DNA of 27,673 nucleotides, taken from positions 1 through 27,673 of the IMG/VR virus record IMGVR_UViG_3300016467_000254. One strand, written 5' to 3'. The translations under genes and the position numbers were made by a program. Below are positions 1-6,172 of this stretch, piece by piece (position 1 is the stretch's first letter; each line of letters begins with the position of its first letter). The stretch comes from a virus (Duplodnaviria; Caudoviricetes). The notes beneath the pieces are model-generated. The model searched no databases and was not told the DNA's origin. It saw nothing but the letters and a program-made list of their open reading frames with translations.

Positions 1-133
1 GCCTATCTGCTTATAGCTCCAATCGTTTTCCATCCATAGCAAGGTAATCAAATGCTCAAGGCTTCCGCTTAAAGTGCTGGTCAATAAATAGCCTGGCTCG
101 GATGAATTTGTGATGTTGTGCGGTGAGGGTCAT
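1..133 (-). pseudogene. Small gene running off the window edge, apparently frameshifted; possible HTH protein
   Basis: ATG at 133 overlaps the upstream TGA and reads MTLTAQHHKFIRARLFIDQHFKRKP*. Removing one base near 60-61 continues it as LEHLITLLWMENDWSYKQIG, which is HTH-like. Confidence 0.35.
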
Positions 134-456
134 TTCATGGCGTTTAAATCTTCATTCAATCGTTCGTGAAAGCTTTCTTCGCTGTCATCACTTGACAACA
201 ACCAGTCTATCCGCTGCAAGTAAATTTGTGCCAATTTCAAATGAACGATGCCCATTTTAAACTGCACAATAGTTTCGTGTGACCATTCTGGATGGTAGGC
301 CTCACTTGGATATTTATCGAAGTATTCAGGATCGATGCTAATTTCTCGCTTCTCTTCCTTGCTTAGCTCTTTGCCGTTGTTATCTATGATACTTTGCAGT
401 TCTTCAATAACATCTGTGAATTGGTATTGAATGTAGTTAAATCGTCCTCCGCTCAT
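130..456 (-). CDS. Conserved phage hypothetical protein
   Basis: 108 aa with MSGGxFxY N-terminus and RIDWLLSxDDxEESF motif, recognisable from phage hypotheticals; ATGA overlaps at both ends. Confidence 0.8.
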   Translation of the reverse strand: MSGGRFNYIQYQFTDVIEELQSIIDNNGKELSKEEKREISIDPEYFDKYPSEAYHPEWSHETIVQFKMGIVHLKLAQIYLQRIDWLLSSDDSEESFHERLNEDLNAMK

Positions 457-578
457 TTGTTATGTGTTTTACAATGTGGACAAATGGGGAGGCTCTTTTT
501 ACCTCCCCTTATTGTTTGTGTGAATAGCTTCCGGCAGTTACGGCACTTAATCCACTTGGCGGTGATTTGCTTAGTCAT
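453..578 (-). CDS. Small zinc-ribbon protein (41 aa, not in ORF track)
   Basis: Manual translation MTKQITAKWIKCRNCRKLFTQTIRGGKKSLPICPHCKTHNK*; two CxxC pairs; stop overlaps the next ATG. Confidence 0.75.
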   Translation of the reverse strand: MTKQITAKWIKCRNCRKLFTQTIRGGKKSLPICPHCKTHNK

Positions 579-618
579 CAAAAGTATTAATACAATAGTT
601 TAAAAATTGCTCATGTTG

Positions 619-1086
619 TTATTTTGTATTCAGCAAAACATTTGTATCAAATCTTCTATACATCATTCTTTCTTGATCGTATACTATAAATCTATGTCCT
701 TTCATGTGATGTTTTTTAGTTAGCCAAATAACATCTAAATAATGTTCTGGATTATAAGACCAGTGATGTTTTTCAAATCCTTCTTTTTTTAATTTATTAG
801 ACTTTAATTTTGCTAATTCCTTTTCAGGATATTTAATTTTCCATTTAAAATTATTTAATGGATTGTGTTTTGACTTTCCTGAATACAATCTATGATGCTT
901 TTCTCTGCCTCTTTTCCTTTCTTTTTCTATATAACCTTCCTTTTGTTTATTTGCAATGTAGTTTTCCTTAACATCATTTTTATTGCATTCTTTACATTTA
1001 TTTAAATATCCATCACCCATTTGAGGATGTTTATAAAACTGATCTAAAGGCTTAACTACATTGCATTTAAAACATATTTTTTCCAT
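619..1086 (-). CDS. Putative HNH-like (homing-type) endonuclease with N-terminal Zn-binding domain; possibly truncated by a premature TAA
   Basis: CxxC...FY...DG...CxxC N-terminus and EKHHWSY...VIWLTKKHHMKGH His-rich core; markedly AT-rich relative to neighbours. Confidence 0.7.
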   Translation of the reverse strand: MEKICFKCNVVKPLDQFYKHPQMGDGYLNKCKECNKNDVKENYIANKQKEGYIEKERKRGREKHHRLYSGKSKHNPLNNFKWKIKYPEKELAKLKSNKLKKEGFEKHHWSYNPEHYLDVIWLTKKHHMKGHRFIVYDQERMMYRRFDTNVLLNTK

Positions 1087-1131
1087 AATATTATTTTAGA
1101 CAAATATACGACTAAAATAATTAAAACGGAA
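1081..1131 (-). promoter_or_regulatory. Bacteroidota -7 promoter element (TATATTTG) inside a hairpin covering the HNH start codon
   Basis: TATATTTG at 1101-1108 (minus), flanked by a perfect 10-bp inverted repeat (1090-1099/1112-1121); lower stem TTCCGT/ATGGAA includes the ATG. Confidence 0.7.
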
Positions 1132-1132
1132 A

Positions 1133-1432
1133 TTAAAACGGAAGTCCTAAGACATCATCATTAATACTTACTGCAACCGTGCTTCCAGATACAAATACCT
1201 GCTCTTGCTTCTTCTCAGGTGCCTTCAAGTTTCCTATGTATACCTTTGGAGCTTTGGCTTCGCGTTGCTCTTTGGTTTGGTTGATTTGCACGCTGCCGCT
1301 ATTTCCGTACTGGTCGGGTGTTTCGTTCAGCCATACGGTAATATTCAGCCACTTGTTGCCGTTCTTGTCGGTGGTGATGGCTTCCTTTGGAATCTTGCTG
1401 AGGTTGATGCCTCCGTTGAGAAATTTGTTCAT
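1133..1432 (-). CDS. ssb: Single-stranded DNA-binding protein (Bacteroidota-phage type)
   Basis: 99 aa with INLSKI...DQYGN...KEQRE...YIGN motifs and an acidic tail ending DD..LPF; near the annealase. Confidence 0.75.
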   Translation of the reverse strand: MNKFLNGGINLSKIPKEAITTDKNGNKWLNITVWLNETPDQYGNSGSVQINQTKEQREAKAPKVYIGNLKAPEKKQEQVFVSGSTVAVSINDDVLGLPF

Positions 1433-1437
1433 TGTTG

Positions 1438-1617
1438 TTAATTTAATAAATCAATAATATCGTCAAGAGACGAGTTTACAAAGAAGGTTGTCTTTTCAAG
1501 GTCGTTCATTACAATAGCGCAGTTTCCTTGTTCAGTTACAACTGTTGCCCGGATGTAAAGGATGCCACTGATAGCAATCAGCACCCTGCCTATCCTTATT
1601 GCGTTAATGCTTATCAT
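1438..1617 (-). CDS. Small hypothetical beta-rich protein (59 aa, not in ORF track)
   Basis: MISINAIRIGRVLIAISGILYIRATVVTEQGNCAIVMNDLEKTTFFVNSSLDDIIDLLN*; fills the gap exactly with an ATGA overlap. Confidence 0.7.
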   Translation of the reverse strand: MISINAIRIGRVLIAISGILYIRATVVTEQGNCAIVMNDLEKTTFFVNSSLDDIIDLLN

Positions 1618-2090
1618 TTGAGGGTAACTGTTACGGTGGTGGTGGATGTTTTTGAAGGAGGGTAGATGTGTGAAATAACGCCATCTTCGTTGATTACCTC
1701 AATCCCTTCAATCGGTATCATCTTAATGAATTCCTGGCGTTTCTTTATTTTTTCATCAAGTTCTTGGCGCATTGTCATAAGCTCCAATAGCTCCAAATCT
1801 CCGCACTCTTCAAAGTTGTATTTAACACCTGCCTCACGGATGGCGAGCTTGGCATTCACCTTGTCAAAGGTCTTACCATACTTTTCAGCTTCTGTTATGC
1901 AGGCCGCTTTGAAGTCCTTGTTGCCTGTTATCTTGTCGATAATCTCTTCCATGCACTTCAAGGTTATGAGTGCCTTAATCGGGTCCTCATGGCCGTCTAA
2001 AATGCGCTCGATGGCATCGTTGACAAAGCGCTGGCGTTCTCCCTTGTCGGTGTAGAAGAGCGATAGGACGCTGGTGGTGGTTAGTTCCAT
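1614..2090 (-). CDS. Conserved Bacteroidota-phage protein, possibly Tad3-like anti-Thoeris family
   Basis: GxxDPIKA..LKCME, AGVKYNFEECGD and C-terminal YPPSKTSTTTV motifs. Family assignment is from memory and unverified. Confidence 0.5.
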   Translation of the reverse strand: MELTTTSVLSLFYTDKGERQRFVNDAIERILDGHEDPIKALITLKCMEEIIDKITGNKDFKAACITEAEKYGKTFDKVNAKLAIREAGVKYNFEECGDLELLELMTMRQELDEKIKKRQEFIKMIPIEGIEVINEDGVISHIYPPSKTSTTTVTVTLK

Positions 2091-2094
2091 TGTG

Positions 2095-2277
2095 TTATGT
2101 GTGTTTTAGAAAGATACTTAATATATGAGCTGAATCCGCATCAAGTGAAAATATGTTATCGTCTACATCTGAAACGATAGTGATATAAACTTGGTTGCCT
2201 ACCCTGTCAGCGGTGAGGGAACAAGCCCCGTCAACTATCTGGAGCTTGTTATTGGTTACGGTGATTTCCTGGCTCAT
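2095..2277 (-). CDS. Hypothetical protein
   Basis: 60 aa ORF with ATGA overlap to the upstream gene. Confidence 0.7.
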   Translation of the reverse strand: MSQEITVTNNKLQIVDGACSLTADRVGNQVYITIVSDVDDNIFSLDADSAHILSIFLKHT

Positions 2278-2921
2278 TCGGTGTCGTTTACTACGTTATG
2301 GAAAGCATTCATAGCATTCTCAATGGCCTTGCGCTGGTCTTCGGTGAGGTTAAAGTTATCAAGGCACTTCTGCCCTACCTCCATCTCGCCTTCTGTTATC
2401 CGCTTAATGGCTTGCAACAACTGCTTGTCTGTAATGTCTGGTTTGATGTCAATCATCTCTTCAGGCACATATACAGGCTGTTCGTAGATGTCGGGAGTGT
2501 ACCACTTAACACCATTACTCATTGCGCGGGCAAAAAGCATATTGCGGGGAAATTTGTCGAGGTTCTTTGTGCCTGCTTTCTTGGCATCATCAATGGTGAA
2601 GGTGCTAACGCCCAAAGATTCCTTACCCTGGAAGAATTCAATGCTGCAAGCCTTGTCATCATGCTGCTTTACCTTGTAGTCGTACTTTCCGAATGACTTA
2701 ACGCGAGCTGCCATAAGACCAGCACCTACGACTGGTTTGCCAGCTATGATGTGGATGCCATTCATGGATGCCATGGGGGAAATGCCCATTTCCTGACCGG
2801 CCAAGATCTTGACTACGGCTTGGTGTACGCTTTTAATGTCTTGGAATAGTCCTGACTTGAAGAATACTTCACCGATGGATAACGCATCGGCTGCGGTTCT
2901 GACGATTTCGTTGTTTTTCAT
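2274..2921 (-). CDS. RecT-like single-strand annealing protein
   Basis: KSGLF..QAVVKILAGQEMG..P..SM.GIHII.GKP and PRNMLFARAMSNG motifs typical of phage RecT/Redbeta-like SSAPs; in a cluster with ssb. Confidence 0.8.
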   Translation of the reverse strand: MKNNEIVRTAADALSIGEVFFKSGLFQDIKSVHQAVVKILAGQEMGISPMASMNGIHIIAGKPVVGAGLMAARVKSFGKYDYKVKQHDDKACSIEFFQGKESLGVSTFTIDDAKKAGTKNLDKFPRNMLFARAMSNGVKWYTPDIYEQPVYVPEEMIDIKPDITDKQLLQAIKRITEGEMEVGQKCLDNFNLTEDQRKAIENAMNAFHNVVNDTE

Positions 2922-2938
2922 TGTGTGTGTGTGTTTTG

Positions 2939-2968
2939 TAAATGTACTAAATTAACTATTCTGAAAAA
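2939..2968 (-). promoter_or_regulatory. Putative early promoter (-7 TACATTTA)
   Basis: TACATTTA at 2939-2946, identical to the element at 3759-3766, followed by an ACAC-rich leader and ATG. Confidence 0.55.
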
Positions 2969-3111
2969 AGTTTTTTTATCGCCCTTGTAAGGCTTCCATG
3001 TTGTTGCTTTAAACCTTGCGCCTCATCAGGCTTAAGGTATACATAATAAGATTTTACCTTAGTTACTGGATCTTTGCGCGGCCTTCCTCTTTTTTTCTTA
3101 GTTTTGTCCAT
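2956..3111 (-). CDS. Small DNA-binding protein, AT-hook plus probable ribbon-helix-helix (51 aa, not in ORF track)
   Basis: MDKTKKKRGRPRKDPVTKVKSYYVYLKPDEAQGLKQQHGSLTRAIKKLFSE*; RGRP motif, alternating beta strand, then two short helices. Confidence 0.75.
   Translation of the reverse strand: MDKTKKKRGRPRKDPVTKVKSYYVYLKPDEAQGLKQQHGSLTRAIKKLFSE
3073..3106 (+). promoter_or_regulatory. Antisense Bacteroidota-type promoter
   Basis: TTTG (3073-3076)-N22-TAGTTTTG (3099-3106) on the + strand, about 30 nt upstream of a + strand terminator. Confidence 0.55.
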
Positions 3112-3165
3112 TCGAACGTGTTTTATTGTGTGTGGCCTGAGGGTAAAACCTCAGGTTTTTTATTT
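3110..3165 (+). ncRNA. Candidate ~50-nt antisense sRNA
   Basis: Bracketed by a + strand promoter and a + strand intrinsic terminator; unstructured 5' seed GUGUUUUAUUGUGUGU. Confidence 0.5.
3134..3165 (+). terminator. Intrinsic terminator, + strand
   Basis: GGCCTGAGG-GTAAAA-CCTCAGGTT stem-loop followed by TTTTTTATTT; the U-tract is on the + strand only. Confidence 0.7.
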
Positions 3166-3176
3166 CCACACTGGTT

Positions 3177-3208
3177 AAAAATTAGCCAGTCATAGACATA
3201 ACCGGCCA
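3177..3208 (-). terminator. Possible terminator or processing hairpin, - strand
   Basis: TGGCCGGTTAT-GTCT-ATGACTGGCTA (11 bp, 3 G-U pairs valid only on minus) followed by ATTTTT. Confidence 0.45.
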
Positions 3209-3226
3209 TTGCTTACTATACCTCAT

Positions 3227-3364
3227 CTATACCAATTCGCCTTCATAAATCCACGCCCAGGATAGGCTTCCTTCGGTGGACTTTATAATGTCATCAGCTT
3301 CCTTGATGCTATCCGCTTGTATTATTTTATATTCGGATGCAAAAGTGTAAAGAAATTTTTTCAT
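3227..3364 (-). CDS. Small hypothetical protein (45 aa, not in ORF track)
   Basis: MKKFLYTFASEYKIIQADSIKEADDIIKSTEGSLSWAWIYEGELV*; ATGA overlap. Confidence 0.65.
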   Translation of the reverse strand: MKKFLYTFASEYKIIQADSIKEADDIIKSTEGSLSWAWIYEGELV

Positions 3365-3546
3365 AGTGCTTCAATGTTGTTAAATGGTAAAAAATAATCA
3401 GGCACCAATAGACCTGAAAATGTGTGTTTGATTTTCGGATCCAGTTGCTCGAAGGCCTCGCTGTTAATGGCAATCTTTCGAGGCGCACGGAGGTATTTTA
3501 TTATATACGCTCCGATAATTTGGTGGATAATAGTTTCAGTTATCAT
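3361..3546 (-). CDS. Hypothetical protein
   Basis: 61 aa ORF coupled to neighbours on both sides. Confidence 0.7.
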   Translation of the reverse strand: MITETIIHQIIGAYIIKYLRAPRKIAINSEAFEQLDPKIKHTFSGLLVPDYFLPFNNIEAL

Positions 3547-3625
3547 ACCAATCTTTTTTGAGTTCTTCCCATCCTACGAGCATTCCTCCAACAAGTAAGA
3601 TGCAAAGGGGGATTATTAAAGACAT
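3536..3625 (-). CDS. Small membrane peptide (29 aa)
   Basis: MSLIIPLCILLVGGMLVGWEELKKDWYDN*; this is the 3' part of track ORF 3536..3787, and its ATG overlaps the upstream stop. Confidence 0.6.
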   Translation of the reverse strand: MSLIIPLCILLVGGMLVGWEELKKDWYDN

Positions 3626-3738
3626 AGGCCAAGTATTACCAGCACTGCGGCTGCGATGAGTAAAGCGATGTCGCGACGGCTTGGGTTGTATTCGGGCTCT
3701 TGCTCGAATTTCCATTGGATGTTTTCGTTCTTTTTCAT
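3616..3738 (-). CDS. Small membrane peptide (40 aa, not in ORF track)
   Basis: MKKNENIQWKFEQEPEYNPSRRDIALLIAAAVLVILGLCL*; preceded by a promoter and ACACACAATG leader. Confidence 0.7.
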   Translation of the reverse strand: MKKNENIQWKFEQEPEYNPSRRDIALLIAAAVLVILGLCL

Positions 3739-3758
3739 TGTGTGTGTTTTTATTTTTA

Positions 3759-3788
3759 TAAATGTACGAAATTGTTTTGAACTGCAAA
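3759..3788 (-). promoter_or_regulatory. Early promoter, Bacteroidota type
   Basis: TTTG (3785-3788)-N18-TACATTTA (3759-3766) in an intergenic gap. Confidence 0.65.
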
Positions 3789-3795
3789 ATTTATT

Positions 3796-4569
3796 TTAAT
3801 CTATGTTGCAAAAACACTCAAATGTGGGATCTTGGTCGAATAAATCTCCATGAATTGTACTTAGTTCAAGTAGTTTTTGATAACTTATTTCTTTTTTAAA
3901 TGTGCCTATTTTTATTCCTTGGTTTAACCAAAAATCTTCTTTATCTATCCACCACTGTAATAAATCCGGTCGCTCTTTTGCTATTTTCATCAATTTACCT
4001 TTTCCCTTCAGAAAACAGCAATCACAGTTGCCATAGGGCTCGACAACTTGTAAGTCAAAGTCCTGCAATGCCCACCAGTTCAATACATCTTGTTTTGTTA
4101 CCTTCCATCTTACTAATGGCATTTCCAAATCTATATAATTTGGCAATCCATTCATTTTTCCCCATCTATGCGGTTCATCATATCTTATTCCATTATAAAA
4201 AGTCCAACTTTTTAATCCTCTACTTTTTAAATATCTTTTTGATGTTTGTATTTTTAATTGATCTGTACAAAATCGGCTCATTCTATTTGGAATAAAACCA
4301 TTTTTATGATTTATCATTTCATCGAACGGTCTCCCATCTCTCGAAGCTGTTTGATAAGTCACCACTTCAAAACTATTAGGCTTCCTATATTCGAGCCAGA
4401 CAATACCTAAATTCCATCTTTTATCACATTCATTAATGAAATCCAAAGTTTCAGGCATTTCCTTGCCAGTATTTTGGAATGTAACGATATAGTCCTGCAA
4501 TCCTTCATCTATTAATCGCTTGGTCATGTATGCCGATGTTCGGCCTCCGCTAAAGTTTATAATATTCAT
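3796..4569 (-). CDS. PAPS-reductase-like / adenine nucleotide alpha-hydrolase (PP-loop) protein
   Basis: FSGGRTSAYM PP-loop, NTGKEMPETLDF, RFCTxxLKI, GIRYDE, GNCDCCFLK and terminal CFC. Confidence 0.85.
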   Translation of the reverse strand: MNIINFSGGRTSAYMTKRLIDEGLQDYIVTFQNTGKEMPETLDFINECDKRWNLGIVWLEYRKPNSFEVVTYQTASRDGRPFDEMINHKNGFIPNRMSRFCTDQLKIQTSKRYLKSRGLKSWTFYNGIRYDEPHRWGKMNGLPNYIDLEMPLVRWKVTKQDVLNWWALQDFDLQVVEPYGNCDCCFLKGKGKLMKIAKERPDLLQWWIDKEDFWLNQGIKIGTFKKEISYQKLLELSTIHGDLFDQDPTFECFCNID

Positions 4570-4573
4570 ATTT

Positions 4574-4903
4574 TTATTTTTCAGGCCCTACAAACATTAC
4601 CTCTTCTCCTCTGATGATCATGTCTATTAAGGTTTCCACCACTTCCCTTTGTGCTGGGTTCAGTAGTCGGATGCGGTCGCTGATGGCATCAACCGTCATC
4701 ACATCACTTTGCAGCTCGTCGCGTATAGCTTGGCGCACATCATCAGGGAAGTGGATGGAGGCTTGGAAGTCGTTTAAGATGTAATCAAGGCGCGTGATAT
4801 AATTGCGCAAGATTGGCTTGCTTAAAGCTCGATTGAAATCAAGACCAAACTCCTTAGCAATTTTAATGTGGTGCAGGAATGCGACGAGTGAGGTGGCTTT
4901 CAT
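4574..4903 (-). CDS. Hypothetical protein
   Basis: 109 aa helical ORF in the operon. Confidence 0.75.
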   Translation of the reverse strand: MKATSLVAFLHHIKIAKEFGLDFNRALSKPILRNYITRLDYILNDFQASIHFPDDVRQAIRDELQSDVMTVDAISDRIRLLNPAQREVVETLIDMIIRGEEVMFVGPEK

Positions 4904-4906
4904 GCT

Positions 4907-5206
4907 TTAAAATTTATAATATGGATCATGCTCGAAATACAGAGATGCTTCGCGCTTGTCATGGATGGCCTTGTTAGTACAAGTGATGCAAATCTCGCGC
5001 TTGTTGTCGCTTTTGCCGTAGTAACTGGCAAGTGATTTATTGACTTTGCACACTGGGCATATTTTTTTTGCACCATTATACTTCCGCTCGTTACGTTCCT
5101 GCGAAATGCAGTCGTAACAAACGCTCGCATAGTTATCTTTATTTTGCGGTGCTATTTGAAATCGTTCGTAGTCTTTCAACTTCTTACATCGTAGGCAGGT
5201 TTTCAT
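4907..5206 (-). CDS. Tandem zinc-finger protein
   Basis: Four CxxC motifs in two repeats resembling the N-terminus of the 619..1086 protein; no nuclease core visible. Confidence 0.75.
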   Translation of the reverse strand: MKTCLRCKKLKDYERFQIAPQNKDNYASVCYDCISQERNERKYNGAKKICPVCKVNKSLASYYGKSDNKREICITCTNKAIHDKREASLYFEHDPYYKF

Positions 5207-5298
5207 TTCAATTTCTTTATTTCGTTATCTACTATAATTGCAAGCACCAGCACGCCTACAAAGGCGGCCAGTGCAAGGATAAAGCTAATTTTCAGCAT
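5203..5298 (-). CDS. Small membrane peptide (31 aa, not in ORF track)
   Basis: MLKISFILALAAFVGVLVLAIIVDNEIKKLK*; overlaps both neighbours. Confidence 0.65.
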   Translation of the reverse strand: MLKISFILALAAFVGVLVLAIIVDNEIKKLK

Positions 5299-5725
5299 CA
5301 TTGATTCGTTTTTTTAGGCGTTCTATTTTGGCTTTCTTAATCTTTTCAATGCCATCGTTAACATCGAACAGATAGGCCATTTGTTCCAACATAATAAAAC
5401 AGTCCGCTATTTCCTCCCTGATAGCTTCCTGGTTCTCGGATCCAAGGAGGTTCTTACTTAGTTCCTTTTGCAGCTCTGACATTTCCTCGATGGCCTTGAC
5501 CATTTGGTTGGTGGCACCGAAATGGTCGGTAGCCTTTGCAGTGTAATCGTCACCTAATGTAGCCCTCTTAATATACATAGCTGCGTCCAATAACTCTTCG
5601 TAAAGGTGTTGTGTCCAGTCGGCTGGGCTTAGATCGGTACGGTCTACTGTGGTGCCGTATTTTTGAAATCCTGCCATTTCGCGCTTGGCAAGATCGCGCG
5701 CTACGGCTTCAAGTGTTTTACTCAT
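5285..5725 (-). CDS. Fusion of two MazG-like nucleotide pyrophosphohydrolase domains
   Basis: N-half GFQKYGTT.DR.DL...W.QH.YEELLDAAMY; C-half HFG...Q..KAIEEMSEL...IREEIADCFIMLEQ. Confidence 0.75.
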   Translation of the reverse strand: MSKTLEAVARDLAKREMAGFQKYGTTVDRTDLSPADWTQHLYEELLDAAMYIKRATLGDDYTAKATDHFGATNQMVKAIEEMSELQKELSKNLLGSENQEAIREEIADCFIMLEQMAYLFDVNDGIEKIKKAKIERLKKRINDAEN

Positions 5726-5915
5726 GTGTTTTAAGTTGTGATGTTAAAAATTCGATTTCTTTAATGTAATCGTGATTTGCTTCGATGAATGCGTCGTAAT
5801 CGCCTTCCTCGTTCTTTTGGCGGAGGCTTCTGATAACGTCTTTGTGCTTTATGATTTCGGCATTAAGAATGTCGAGCATTTCCTCGACGAAATGGTCTTT
5901 AATTTCGAGTGTCAT
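5718..5915 (-). CDS. Hypothetical protein (65 aa; start revised to ATG 5915)
   Basis: ATG preceded by the AAATCTACACACA leader motif. Confidence 0.7.
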   Translation of the reverse strand: MTLEIKDHFVEEMLDILNAEIIKHKDVIRSLRQKNEEGDYDAFIEANHDYIKEIEFLTSQLKTHE

Positions 5916-5974
5916 TGTGTGTAGATTTATTGTGTGAAAAATTGCAGTTGTTAGGATGCTGCGCCCCTTGGGTG

Positions 5975-6172
5975 TTAAAATCGAAGTTCGTGCAAATCCC
6001 AAAAATTGTTATTTTGAGCGTATGAAATTGGATTTTCAAGTTTCTCTAATTGTTTTGAAATCTCAAAAGCTGCTTTATCTCTCAATTGCTGCTGCCTAAA
6101 AGTTTTTGGCATGACTGAATAAATAGCCTCTAACTGTTTTTTTAAATCTGAGATTCGTTGTGTAGTGTTCAT
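5975..6172 (-). CDS. Hypothetical protein, first gene of the early region
   Basis: 65 aa directly downstream of a consensus promoter and an ACACACAATG leader. Confidence 0.75.
   Translation of the reverse strand: MNTTQRISDLKKQLEAIYSVMPKTFRQQQLRDKAAFEISKQLEKLENPISYAQNNNFWDLHELRF

Noticed and set aside
486-508. GGGGAGG/CCTCCCC hairpin as a terminator
   Set aside because: It lies within the coding sequence of the zinc-ribbon gene and has no good U-tract on the coding strand.
3112-3226. tRNA gene
   Set aside because: No cloverleaf, T-arm or acceptor stem could be built; only two independent hairpins.
3536-3787. 83-aa track ORF as a single gene
   Set aside because: It starts inside a promoter; the region is better explained by two small TM peptides (3616-3738 and 3536-3625).
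4900-5130. 76-aa minus ORF overlapping the zinc-finger gene
   Set aside because: Alternative frame of 4907..5206, which has clear CxxC motifs and a coupled start.
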